DNA from: Calditrichaceae bacterium
GTDB lineage: Bacteria > Calditrichota > Calditrichia > Calditrichales > JBFXGD01
DNA: 47,270 nt
Assembly (NCBI GenBank): GCA_050178385.1
Contig: JBFXGD010000007.1
Location: 1 to 47,270, forward strand
Direction: 5' to 3'
How positions within the stretch are numbered: the stretch's first letter is position 1; every line of letters begins with the position of its first letter. Positions 11,488 to 20,841 of this stretch are shown in pieces. Both the position numbers and the translations under genes were made by a program. A model generated the notes under the pieces. The model ran no database searches and was not told where the DNA came from. It saw only the letters and a list, made by a program, of their open reading frames with translations.

Positions 11488-12321
11488 ATGGGACGCGATT
11501 TAAAAGAGCTAAAAATTACCGCTAACACCATTCGCCAGGAAGTGGTAAAGATGATTTATGAAGCCCAGTCCGGACATCCCGGCGGGTCACTTTCGGCGGT
11601 TGAAATTCTGACTGCCTTGTATTTTGAAATCATGAATTATGATGTGGAAAATCCCAATTGGAGCGGCAGGGATCGTTTTATTCTCAGCAAAGGGCACGCG
11701 GCGCCTGTTTTATATGCGACTCTGGCGGAGGCGGGTTTTCTCGACAAGGGTCATCTTAAAACACTGCGCAAACTCGGAAGCCCTCTTCAGGGACATCCCG
11801 ATAAGCGTGTATTGCCGATACTTGAAACTTCTACCGGATCCTTGGGACAGGGCATATCCACGGGAATCGGGTTAAGCCTGGCCGCCAGGCTTGACGGCGC
11901 CGATTATCATACCTACGTGGTGATAGGAGACGGCGAAAGCAATGAGGGGCAGATTTGGGAAGCCGCCATGTATGCCGGTCATCATCATCTTGACAACCTG
12001 ACAGTAATTCTCGACTTAAACGGATTTCAGCTGGATGATGCCAACTCGGTCATTCTCGATTTAAATCCTATTAAAGATAAATGGGCCGCCTGCAACTGGC
12101 ATGTTATCGATATTGACGGTCATGATATGGCTGCCGTTGTTGACGCTCTTAAGGAAGCCAGGACAACGAAAGGTAAACCAAGCGTGATTATTGCCCACAC
12201 TGTAAAAGGAAAAGGAGTTTCCTTTATGGAGAATAACAATAAATTCCATGGTGTGGCGCCCACAGCCGCTGAGCTGGAAACCGCGCTGCAGGAACTTGCG
12301 AATGCAAGAGAACAAATCTGA
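11488..12321 (+). CDS. Transketolase, N-terminal (TPP-binding) subunit
   Basis: SGHPGGSLS, DRFILSKGHAAP, TGSLGQG, GDGESNEGQIWEA. Confidence 0.95.
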   Translation: MGRDLKELKITANTIRQEVVKMIYEAQSGHPGGSLSAVEILTALYFEIMNYDVENPNWSGRDRFILSKGHAAPVLYATLAEAGFLDKGHLKTLRKLGSPLQGHPDKRVLPILETSTGSLGQGISTGIGLSLAARLDGADYHTYVVIGDGESNEGQIWEAAMYAGHHHLDNLTVILDLNGFQLDDANSVILDLNPIKDKWAACNWHVIDIDGHDMAAVVDALKEARTTKGKPSVIIAHTVKGKGVSFMENNNKFHGVAPTAAELETALQELANAREQI

Positions 12322-12355
12322 GTATTTTAACCTTCTGAAAGAACAGGTAATAAAA

Positions 12356-13297
12356 ATGAAAAAAGAATATAATCTCGGGAAAGCAACCCGTCAGGCCTAT
12401 GGCGAATCCCTTGTTGAACTTGGCAAAACAAATGAGAATATTGTCGTCCTTGACGCTGATTTATCAAAATCAACCTATTCAAACAGGTTTCAGGACGCGT
12501 TTCCGAACAGATTTTTCAACATAGGTATCGCCGAGGCCAATATGATCTCAATTGCGGCAGGCCTCGCGGCAGGAGGAAAAATTCCGTTCGCGAGCAGTTT
12601 TGCCACATTTTTAATGAGCAAGGGTTTCGACCAGCTTCGTCAATCCGTTGCATATCCTAATTTCAATGTAAAGATATGCGGATCTCACTCGGGTATCAGT
12701 ATCGGCGAAGACGGGCCTTCGCAGATGGGTATCGAAGATATCGCGCTTGCCTGCGCGTTACCCGGCTTTACTGTTGTTATCCCTGCCGATGAAGTCGCGG
12801 TCAAACAGCTGATGCCTCAGATTTTGAATCACAAAGGTCCTGTTTATATAAGAACCGGCCGGCCGAAGTCTGCTGAAGTGTATAATGATCACTCAAAGCT
12901 GGAACTTGGCAAAGCAAATTTGCTCAGGGATGGCAGTGATATCACCATCGCGGCCATGGGTTTAATGGTCGTTGAAGCCTTAAAGGCGGCCGATGAACTG
13001 GAAGACCTGGGTATTTCCACGCGGGTTGTTGATTTTCATACTGTTAAGCCCATAGATAGAGAAATGGTGGCAAGCTGCGCGAGGGAAACCAAAGCGATCT
13101 TATGTGTCGAGGAACATCTGCTTGACGGCGGCCTTGGAAGCATCGTATCCCGGGTTGTAACTGAAACTGCTCCGGTTAAAATGGGATTCATCGGTTTGGA
13201 ATCATACGCCGAATCCGGCACGCCGGATGAACTTCTGGATCGTTATGGCCTGAGAGCGGTAAATATTGTCGATAAAGCCAAAGAATTGCTTAAATAA
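12356..13297 (+). CDS. Transketolase, C-terminal subunit
   Basis: DADLSKST, GIAEANM, GEDGPSQ, GPVYIRTGR, EEH. Start moved to ATG 12356 to remove overlap with the upstream subunit. Confidence 0.93.
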   Translation: MKKEYNLGKATRQAYGESLVELGKTNENIVVLDADLSKSTYSNRFQDAFPNRFFNIGIAEANMISIAAGLAAGGKIPFASSFATFLMSKGFDQLRQSVAYPNFNVKICGSHSGISIGEDGPSQMGIEDIALACALPGFTVVIPADEVAVKQLMPQILNHKGPVYIRTGRPKSAEVYNDHSKLELGKANLLRDGSDITIAAMGLMVVEALKAADELEDLGISTRVVDFHTVKPIDREMVASCARETKAILCVEEHLLDGGLGSIVSRVVTETAPVKMGFIGLESYAESGTPDELLDRYGLRAVNIVDKAKELLK

Positions 13298-13329
13298 AAA
13301 AAGACTGCCCGCGGGCAGTCTTTTTTTTT
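13296..13329. terminator. Bidirectional intrinsic terminator
   Basis: A7-GACTGCC-CGCG-GGCAGTC-T9 between convergent genes. Confidence 0.9.
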
Positions 13330-13338
13330 CTTATAATG

Positions 13339-13788
13339 CTAAATCCCGTGACAATTTGTTCCTGTATCTCCGCAAGAACTTGATGGTCTTGCAAGCGAAT
13401 TCTCACCGCTGTGGCATTTGTTGCATGTGGTGACCGATTCATTGAGAACACCTTTCACAAATTGGCCATGGAAAACAGGACCGGCGAGTGTCCAGCCACT
13501 CGGGTGAGGATAGCTGGCGCGAGGATAATCTTTATGACAATCCACACAGAATGTTCCCGCCTCCGCGGACAGAATATTTTCTCCATGACATGATTTGCAG
13601 GAAGTTGCTCCTGCTTCAGCCACTTTATTAGAGTGGAAAACTTCGGCCTTGACCACGGCATTATCTCTAATTGTTATTTCGCTCCATCCATCAGGGTGCG
13701 TAACACTGACGACCGGTGAAGTATCTTCGGAACATGCCAGAATTCCGAGAACGAACAATAACATAAATGCGTATCCAAATACTCTCAT
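13339..13788 (-). CDS. Small multiheme c-type cytochrome lipoprotein (3 CXXCH plus a C-terminal CX6CH)
   Basis: Lipobox ILAC; CKSCH, CVDCH, CNKCH, CGDTGTNCH; repeated HPxGW. Confidence 0.85.
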   Translation of the reverse strand: MRVFGYAFMLLFVLGILACSEDTSPVVSVTHPDGWSEITIRDNAVVKAEVFHSNKVAEAGATSCKSCHGENILSAEAGTFCVDCHKDYPRASYPHPSGWTLAGPVFHGQFVKGVLNESVTTCNKCHSGENSLARPSSSCGDTGTNCHGI

Positions 13789-13831
13789 CTCTCTATTCCT
13801 TTGTTAGTAATATTATGATTTTTTTTATTAT

Positions 13832-16603
13832 TTAAATTTTATATCCAAATAATACTGAATATATAATTAATAGTATCAGTACAATTCCTATTGTAAGAAA
13901 GGTAAATCCCAATACATGAATAAACCGCTCCCTGCGTTTCGATATGTATTCTTTCACAACCATCTTTTTTAATGCGCCGCTTTTCTTAAGTTCTGCATAA
14001 TCTTCGGGACGATCTTTCATATATTCTTCAATGGGAACAAGCCCTGTAAATATTACTTTATCCATCGGGAAGGCTTCGGGTCTCAGATGTGTATTAAAAA
14101 AATGAATCGTAAAAATGAACCCAACGGCCAGCAGCGCCTCATCACTGTGAATAATTGTAGCCACGTTAATCAGCCATCCGGGGAAAAATTTTGTGAAAAA
14201 TTCAGGGAACCAAAGCATCAAGCCCGATAATCCGATCACCGCCACGCCCCAAAAAACCGCGAAATAATCAAATTTTTCCCAGTATGTCCATTTCCCGTAA
14301 TCCGGCCGTTCTCCCTTTCCCAGAAACCATTTAAGAGTTCCCCAGAAATCGGCAGCATCTTTTTTATTGAACATCATGGAATCCCGTCCAAATATAAAAT
14401 CTTTCCATGGCGTCTTGCGGCTGATTTTTCTTTTTATCAACTGGTAGAGATGACTTGTAAAATAACCCGCCGTCAATATGGCCGCAAACCTGTGAATCCA
14501 TCCGGCTGCCTCCACACCGCCGACTAATTTCGACAGGTATCCGGCCCAGGGCATACCCGAAAACTTTAGCATCATCCCGGTTAGCGCGAGCAAAATAAAA
14601 CTGATAATTACAAATATATGTGTGAGCCTCTGTGAAAATTCAAAGCGCCGTATGTAATATCTTGTCTGCGGTTCTTTTTTTTGTTTCTGCCTTTCTCTAA
14701 GATGACGGAAAGAGCGTGGAAGCCACAAAAGCGTATGTATGCCGAAAAAACCGAATACGCTTACAAGCAGGATTGTCATCGCCCAGTATGTATAATAAAG
14801 GATCGGATATTTTACCGGATCATGATGAGTGGCATGCGTCAGATATCCCGTAAATCGCTGATTCGCGTCATCATGACATTTTTGACAAGTATTCACGATA
14901 TGATGCAGCCCGACACTGGAATTCGGATCATTGATACCAAAAATAAGATGTGAATTATGGCAGTCTGAACATTTCGCCGATTTTAGATAACCAAGCTGGT
15001 ATGTTTTTCCATGCATGGTCTGCAAATAAGTCTCGGAAAGTTCTTTATGGCAGGTTCCGCATTGATCGGTTACCTCGGTCATAAACTGGTCTTTCTCCAC
15101 TTCGGTTATCTTGTGTGAAGAATGACACTGTGTGCATGTCGGGAGCTTTTCCATTTCCCGGTCATCCACTGAGAAATGAATGCTTTTTGTATAATCCTTA
15201 TAGATTCCCCTATGACATGTGGCACAGGTAGCCGGAATATTTTTGGGATGGACAGATGAACGGGTATCCTCGTGATTGAGCTCCATATGCGCGGTATGAC
15301 AATCCGTGCAAACCGCGCTCGGCAGCAACCCCTTCTCGGTCAGGCCCCGGCCGTGAACGCTTTTTGAATAATCGAATAACGCGTTTGTTTGTGATAAATG
15401 CCGGGTCTCTTCCAGACTGCTGTCTGAACGGTGGCATTCCCCGCACAACTTTGGTATGCTCGCCCTGTACGTATTGGATGTTTCATCCAGTGATGATTTT
15501 GTATCATGATAACCATGGCAGGCGGTACAATACGGTACGTGATTATTTCCCTCCTTGTACCCTTTCCCGTGCCCGCTGGCCATGTATTCTTCGCCTATCT
15601 TTGTATGGCAGCCCGAACAATCAACAGGTCCAGCCGTTTTACACGGCCGGTCCAATTGCGGGTTAACATCCGAATGGCATTTTACACAGCTAACTTCATT
15701 ATGAACCGATTCAGAGATAGTGGTTTTTGTAACCTGCAGATTAATAATTTCGCCATTCTTGATTTTGTGGATATTCTGATCATCGTGGCATTTAAGACAT
15801 GATTTGTCAGATACTTTTAATGTTAGCGATTCCTTTCGCGCTTTATGCGGGAGATGGCAATCGGTGCACGCCGGGATAGAACCGGGATCTCTGCTCCATT
15901 TTTCACCTTCAATCACTTTGACATGAACATCTTCGATTCGGCTGTGACATTTCATACAGGTGGATGCGATATTCCTTGGTGAAATAGATGATTTAGTATT
16001 AGTATGGGGCAAAATAAAGTGACTTCCGTGACAATCGGCGCACGCGGCGCTGACAATCAATCCTTTTTTAAATAAACCTTCTCCATGAATACTCAGGCTG
16101 TAATTTTCAAGAATATTATGTTCTGTGATATTATAAACACGCGCGACCGGGGCGCCCTCTCTGTGGCATTTACCGCAAAGAAAGGGGATGTTCATTTTAT
16201 ATGATGGAGATTTTGGGTTCTCTGGCGAGAGAATATCATGTTTTCCATGACACTCACTGCAATTAGGGGCATATATTTGTTTTTGCTTGAGAGCCATTCC
16301 GTGAATTCCTGAATCGAATTCAAGCTGCGTATCATCATGACAATCGCCACAGTGGACAGGAGTTAACCTTTCAGGATGAGGGAATTCTTCTACATCCGCG
16401 TCGGGGTGGCAACTAATACACTCCACATCTTTATGCACCGAATTTTTTAAAACCGACGGATTGATATAAAGCGAAACCATCCTGTTTCCGCGCTGAACTG
16501 TCAGCTCGGGATCAGAATGACATTCAAGGCAGGTTTCGTCATCGACAGCAAATAGATTACTGCCGGCTAACAAAATTAATAATGTCAGCCAGATTCTCAT
16601 CAT
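13832..16603 (-). CDS. 19-heme cytochrome c fused to an FdnI/HydC-type diheme cytochrome b membrane domain (CbcL-like quinol oxidoreductase)
   Basis: Signal peptide; 19 CXXCH counted; TM domain with RLTH, WIHR, IIHSDEA, TIHFF and [12 protein letters not shown]. Start uncertain (16600-16630). Confidence 0.9.
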   Translation of the reverse strand: MMRIWLTLLILLAGSNLFAVDDETCLECHSDPELTVQRGNRMVSLYINPSVLKNSVHKDVECISCHPDADVEEFPHPERLTPVHCGDCHDDTQLEFDSGIHGMALKQKQIYAPNCSECHGKHDILSPENPKSPSYKMNIPFLCGKCHREGAPVARVYNITEHNILENYSLSIHGEGLFKKGLIVSAACADCHGSHFILPHTNTKSSISPRNIASTCMKCHSRIEDVHVKVIEGEKWSRDPGSIPACTDCHLPHKARKESLTLKVSDKSCLKCHDDQNIHKIKNGEIINLQVTKTTISESVHNEVSCVKCHSDVNPQLDRPCKTAGPVDCSGCHTKIGEEYMASGHGKGYKEGNNHVPYCTACHGYHDTKSSLDETSNTYRASIPKLCGECHRSDSSLEETRHLSQTNALFDYSKSVHGRGLTEKGLLPSAVCTDCHTAHMELNHEDTRSSVHPKNIPATCATCHRGIYKDYTKSIHFSVDDREMEKLPTCTQCHSSHKITEVEKDQFMTEVTDQCGTCHKELSETYLQTMHGKTYQLGYLKSAKCSDCHNSHLIFGINDPNSSVGLHHIVNTCQKCHDDANQRFTGYLTHATHHDPVKYPILYYTYWAMTILLVSVFGFFGIHTLLWLPRSFRHLRERQKQKKEPQTRYYIRRFEFSQRLTHIFVIISFILLALTGMMLKFSGMPWAGYLSKLVGGVEAAGWIHRFAAILTAGYFTSHLYQLIKRKISRKTPWKDFIFGRDSMMFNKKDAADFWGTLKWFLGKGERPDYGKWTYWEKFDYFAVFWGVAVIGLSGLMLWFPEFFTKFFPGWLINVATIIHSDEALLAVGFIFTIHFFNTHLRPEAFPMDKVIFTGLVPIEEYMKDRPEDYAELKKSGALKKMVVKEYISKRRERFIHVLGFTFLTIGIVLILLIIYSVLFGYKI

Positions 16604-16647
16604 ATTCATCCATGGTACTCTGGAACACAATCGCTTTATTTATAAAG

Positions 16648-16729
16648 ATCCGGTTGCCGCTCCAAACAATTTCCAATCATCAGTGACCGGAAATTATACT
16701 GCTATATTCGTTTGGAGCGGCAACCGGAT
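16648..16729. repeat. Perfect 20-bp inverted repeat (stem-loop) between the two cytochrome c/b genes
   Basis: ATCCGGTTGCCGCTCCAAAC (16648-16667) and GTTTGGAGCGGCAACCGGAT (16710-16729), 42-nt loop. Confidence 0.9.
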
Positions 16730-16739
16730 AATAAATACC

Positions 16740-18662
16740 CTATATTTTGGGTTGATGTGAATTGTCTTTTTGCTCCATCAGCTTTTCATACTCAAGCGGA
16801 TGATGATGCTTCATTTCATCCAAAGTAATTTTCCCATCCATCCAGGTCGTGCTCATCGGATATTTTTCAGGATGGAGAATAACAAAGAACCAGTGCCAGA
16901 TTACAATCGCAAGAGTAGCCAGCCATGCCTCATAATAATGAATCACCTCCGAGGTTTCAAATAGCCAGGTCGGGAGAAAACCTATAAAAATTTCAGGGAA
17001 CCACAACACCAGACCGCTTGCCCCCATCACAATCACACCCCAAATCAGAGCCAGATATTCAGCCTTTTCGGCATAATCAAATCGCCCGAAACGAGGTCTA
17101 TCCTTACTCAGTCCCAGATAAAAAGAAATATTTTTCCATAATCCGATCACATCATCCAGCGTCGGCATTAATTCTATTAGTTCTCTTCGTCCTTTCTGAG
17201 TGAACAAAAGATATCCCAATTGAACCAATGAGATTGTACCCATAACAACCGCCGCGACTCTGTGGGTTACGGATCGTATGACCTCTGTCATACCGAGTGA
17301 GACAAGTAGTTTTACCCAGCCCGCTTCCGGAAATTTCAGCGCAAAGCCTGTAATCGCTAGCAAGGTAAAACTAAGAAACATCAACATGTGCTGATAAACT
17401 TCAAACGACTGAAACCTCGGCACACGTTCCGCGTATTTGTCCGCTTTTCTTTTTTCACGGATATGATGAACAAGGATGATCAGATTGTGGATGAACATTC
17501 CGCCGATCACAACAACAATCATCCATATATATAAGTTTTTAATGAAGAAAGCGATCGGATTTCTGACCTGCTGATTTATCGGATGCACATCAATCTTAAC
17601 AAAACTGTCCGAAATATTTGCATGGCAATTGCCGCACGTTTCCTGCAGATGCGCGGGATGAACACTCGCCAGACTATCCGATTTTGATTTGATCGCGTGT
17701 GTTTCATGGCAGCTTGTACAGGTTGCCACCTCAGGAGATCCTTTCAGCGCGGCCAAACCGTGATAGCTTTTCATATAGGAATCCAGCCGCTCAGCATCCA
17801 ATCCGAATCTCGACATGAGTGTTGGAGAAGAATGACAGCTTGCGCAAAGTTTCGTGGACTGAAGAAGACCGCTGGTTGTCGCGTTTTTATCCGATGCCAT
17901 CTTTATATCATGTTCACCGTGACAATCTGTACAAACCGGTGATTCGCCATGTCCACGCTGTAATGAATTCCAGTGAATACTGTCATGATATTCATCTTTT
18001 TCACTTTCATGACAAGTACCGCATGTTTCCGGTATATTCAGGGCATTCAAATGTGATTCAGGATTAATGGCCGGTAAGATGGCATGATAATCATGACAGT
18101 CCGTACAGGTTGCCACTTCTGCCTCGGGATCTTCGGTAATCATTTTCCCGTGAACACTTTCAAGATAACTTGCAACCGGATTAACGTTTCTTCTGCCAAA
18201 CAGTCGAATAACTTCCGGTTTCGCATGGCAAGCCGCGCATGTATAAGCTAGATTTCCGTGATGGACCTTTGACTCCGGCTCATCTGAACTCAGAATATCG
18301 TGTACCCCATGACAGTCCGTACAGCTGGCGGCGGCTTCCGACCCCTTTGCCAGCGCCTGACCGTGAATGCTCCGGTTATATTCTTCCTGGGCATCCTCAT
18401 GGCAGTTGGCACAATTCACAGGAGTCAGAATCTCCTCGTGCGGTAATTCTTCAATCCCCTGATGACAATCGATGCACTCAAATCCACCATGAATGGAATT
18501 CTCGAAATTTTCCGCATGTACAAAAACAGAAACTTCCGTAGTGTCATTGATCATCCTTGTCAGATCCGGATCGCTATGGCATTCCATACAATCTTCGTTG
18601 GACTGTCCAAAAGCAAATACCGCGGCTGCGAATAGCAATAATAGCACTCGTTTCAAAAGCAT
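16740..18662 (-). CDS. 11-heme cytochrome c fused to a diheme cytochrome b membrane domain (CbcL-like)
   Basis: GAGG RBS before ATG 18662; signal peptide; 11 CXXCH; TM His in YQHM, THRV, IHYYEA, IWHW; FGRFDYAEKAEY. Confidence 0.9.
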   Translation of the reverse strand: MLLKRVLLLLFAAAVFAFGQSNEDCMECHSDPDLTRMINDTTEVSVFVHAENFENSIHGGFECIDCHQGIEELPHEEILTPVNCANCHEDAQEEYNRSIHGQALAKGSEAAASCTDCHGVHDILSSDEPESKVHHGNLAYTCAACHAKPEVIRLFGRRNVNPVASYLESVHGKMITEDPEAEVATCTDCHDYHAILPAINPESHLNALNIPETCGTCHESEKDEYHDSIHWNSLQRGHGESPVCTDCHGEHDIKMASDKNATTSGLLQSTKLCASCHSSPTLMSRFGLDAERLDSYMKSYHGLAALKGSPEVATCTSCHETHAIKSKSDSLASVHPAHLQETCGNCHANISDSFVKIDVHPINQQVRNPIAFFIKNLYIWMIVVVIGGMFIHNLIILVHHIREKRKADKYAERVPRFQSFEVYQHMLMFLSFTLLAITGFALKFPEAGWVKLLVSLGMTEVIRSVTHRVAAVVMGTISLVQLGYLLFTQKGRRELIELMPTLDDVIGLWKNISFYLGLSKDRPRFGRFDYAEKAEYLALIWGVIVMGASGLVLWFPEIFIGFLPTWLFETSEVIHYYEAWLATLAIVIWHWFFVILHPEKYPMSTTWMDGKITLDEMKHHHPLEYEKLMEQKDNSHQPKI

Positions 18663-18672
18663 TAATTCCTCA

Positions 18673-19560
18673 CTACTTTCCATGACAGGTGACACAAACT
18701 ACATCCGTATAAGCATCATTGTGACAACTCATACAGTTATCAAAATCAGACCGGCCGACTCTCGCATGTCTGCCACCGTTTCCCGGAACCGTATTTGACC
18801 AGTTTGCAAAAGCATGGTTTTGGGGCATAACTCTCTCTGTCTGATGGCAGTCGATGCAGAATGAAAACTCTTCATGGCAGGTCAAACAATTGTCTTTATT
18901 CCCTTTGGCCTGCATCCCGTGAGTCTGTCTGAAATTAAGCGGATGTACTTCACGATTCAAATTGTCGCCTTCATGACAAGTCGTGCAATAACTATTCTGA
19001 TGACAGTGGTTGCATGAAGTTGTCTGTGACATCATACCGTGGTCTTTTTTCCAGTTAAGCCGGTGTGTCTCAGGCACAAATTTCATATCTGATTCATGAC
19101 AGCTTAAACAAGCCTGCTTATTCTCACTGTAATCCGGATTTTCATGGCAAGTGGCGCAAACCTGATTATCGGGTATATGCGAGGATCCAACTTTTTCTTT
19201 TTTATCTATCCCCTGATGGCAGGTCAAACAGTTTTTATCACCTGACACATGTGTTTTATGAGGAAATTTACTTCCATAATCAACGACACGCTGGGCGACA
19301 CCCGGTTCATCGGTATTTGTGTGGCACATAGCGCATTCTACTTCATCCGGATCATGGCAGCTATTACAAGTCTCCATTGCCGGGAGCAAATTATCCGTCT
19401 GCGAAAGACTGCTACTGGCATTGGCATGACAATCTGTGCAGGCTGCGCCGACATCTTCCGCATGCAATTGATGCGAGAATATTATCTGATCCGGAGCCTG
19501 AGCATTGGCAAAACCGGTCAGACAGAACATTACGATGGTTACAACTGATATGACTTTCAT
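18673..19560 (-). CDS. Periplasmic 12-heme c-type cytochrome (cytochrome c3-like repeats)
   Basis: Signal peptide ending ANA; 12 CXXCH in 295 aa; FSHQLH and FPHKTH c3-type motifs. Confidence 0.92.
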   Translation of the reverse strand: MKVISVVTIVMFCLTGFANAQAPDQIIFSHQLHAEDVGAACTDCHANASSSLSQTDNLLPAMETCNSCHDPDEVECAMCHTNTDEPGVAQRVVDYGSKFPHKTHVSGDKNCLTCHQGIDKKEKVGSSHIPDNQVCATCHENPDYSENKQACLSCHESDMKFVPETHRLNWKKDHGMMSQTTSCNHCHQNSYCTTCHEGDNLNREVHPLNFRQTHGMQAKGNKDNCLTCHEEFSFCIDCHQTERVMPQNHAFANWSNTVPGNGGRHARVGRSDFDNCMSCHNDAYTDVVCVTCHGK

Positions 19561-19573
19561 ACGACAGCACCTT

Positions 19574-20770
19574 TTACCAAATGAAATGGATATGGTTTAA
19601 TATACGTTGATCCGAGTCTTTCTCCCGGTTTGTCAGCCACTGATATTCCAGATCAGCGCTCCAGTTTTTTGAGAAACTATATGATGCCCTGACAGCATTT
19701 GCCAACTGATCTTCGTACTCATACACTTCCTCAAATCGGTATTGAGAATAGTCAACACTGAGTGATGCCAGAAGCTTTGGTGTAACCTGGTATCCGTAAT
19801 CGACCGTTACACCTGCCTGATCACCCAGATCACCGGTTTCAAAAATGAATCCCAACGCTCCATTAGAATTATTCAGTGTCAGCAGTACCCTCTGTCCGTC
19901 TGCGTCTTCCATCTGGAGAAACTGATATTCCGCGCTAAGATAGTATTCATCTGTCAGCGCGTAAGAACCGTTAAACGCGCTTAGGGTGTACTCTTCCAAA
20001 TCAAAAATACGGAAATATGAGTCACCATAAATTTGCGGATGCTGCTGCTTAAAGTAAAGGTTAGCGCTAAATTTATTCGACACGCGATATCTTCCGGACA
20101 AGTAGAAACGATGCAGGCGGTCATTTACCAAATCATAATGAGTCTGCAACATAATCCTCAGATTATTGACCGATGAGTTATATAAATTCAAACCTGCGAT
20201 TTGCCACTGCGTTTCACCGGAATTCGTTTTTTGAAGATATACACCCTGAAAATCTGTGTCATAAAAATTCTTGTATTTCAGGGCCGTCCCATAAACAGCC
20301 GCATCATCTGATTCGTAGATCTCAAAAGCTTTGTCAAAATGAGATTCGACACCGCCATAAAGTTGCCATTCCACGTTTTTGATCGGACGAAAGATCATAT
20401 TCAGGCCATCAATACTCCCCAGAACCAACCCGGGATGAAGAAATTGCCTTCCTAATTCAAAATCCATCAGATTATTAAACATTCCTTTGCCGGATATGGA
20501 CATGCGGTATGCGTTAAATCTTCTTTCATCCGCAAGATCTTCATCAAGATCGGTGAGAATCCTGCCTGAAACATTAAATCTAAGATCTCCCCACTCTTTC
20601 ATTCTGGCCTGAAAACGGACGGTCTGATACAAACGTGTATGCGAAGTGGTATCTTCATATGAATATACCGTATTCGAAATGCGTCCGTTTGTCTGAATAC
20701 CCTGGGCAAAAAGACTCGTTGAAAGAAAACCCAGTACCATAATGCTAGATAAAACAATTTTCGTTTTCAT
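19574..20770 (-). CDS. Outer-membrane beta-barrel porin of a porin-cytochrome conduit
   Basis: Signal peptide; Tyr/Phe/Gly-rich alternating strands; C-terminal aromatic residue (HIHFIW); flanked by multiheme cytochromes. Confidence 0.8.
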   Translation of the reverse strand: MKTKIVLSSIMVLGFLSTSLFAQGIQTNGRISNTVYSYEDTTSHTRLYQTVRFQARMKEWGDLRFNVSGRILTDLDEDLADERRFNAYRMSISGKGMFNNLMDFELGRQFLHPGLVLGSIDGLNMIFRPIKNVEWQLYGGVESHFDKAFEIYESDDAAVYGTALKYKNFYDTDFQGVYLQKTNSGETQWQIAGLNLYNSSVNNLRIMLQTHYDLVNDRLHRFYLSGRYRVSNKFSANLYFKQQHPQIYGDSYFRIFDLEEYTLSAFNGSYALTDEYYLSAEYQFLQMEDADGQRVLLTLNNSNGALGFIFETGDLGDQAGVTVDYGYQVTPKLLASLSVDYSQYRFEEVYEYEDQLANAVRASYSFSKNWSADLEYQWLTNREKDSDQRILNHIHFIW

Positions 20771-20792
20771 AACTCTACTCTTATGATTAGGT

Positions 20793-20826
20793 AAAAAGAG
20801 GCGGATTCAACATGAATTCCGCCTCC
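20793..20826 (-). terminator. Internal terminator-like / stabilising hairpin after the Sec-cytochrome gene
   Basis: Minus strand GAGGCGGAATTC-ATGTT-GAATCCGCCTC-TTTTT. Confidence 0.6.
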
Positions 20827-20841
20827 GGATTGGCTCAACAC

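Noticed and set aside
12248..12355. Longer N-terminus of the transketolase C subunit, or a frameshifted single transketolase
   Set aside because: Two-gene transketolases are common, and ATG 12356 gives a normal N-terminus without overlap.
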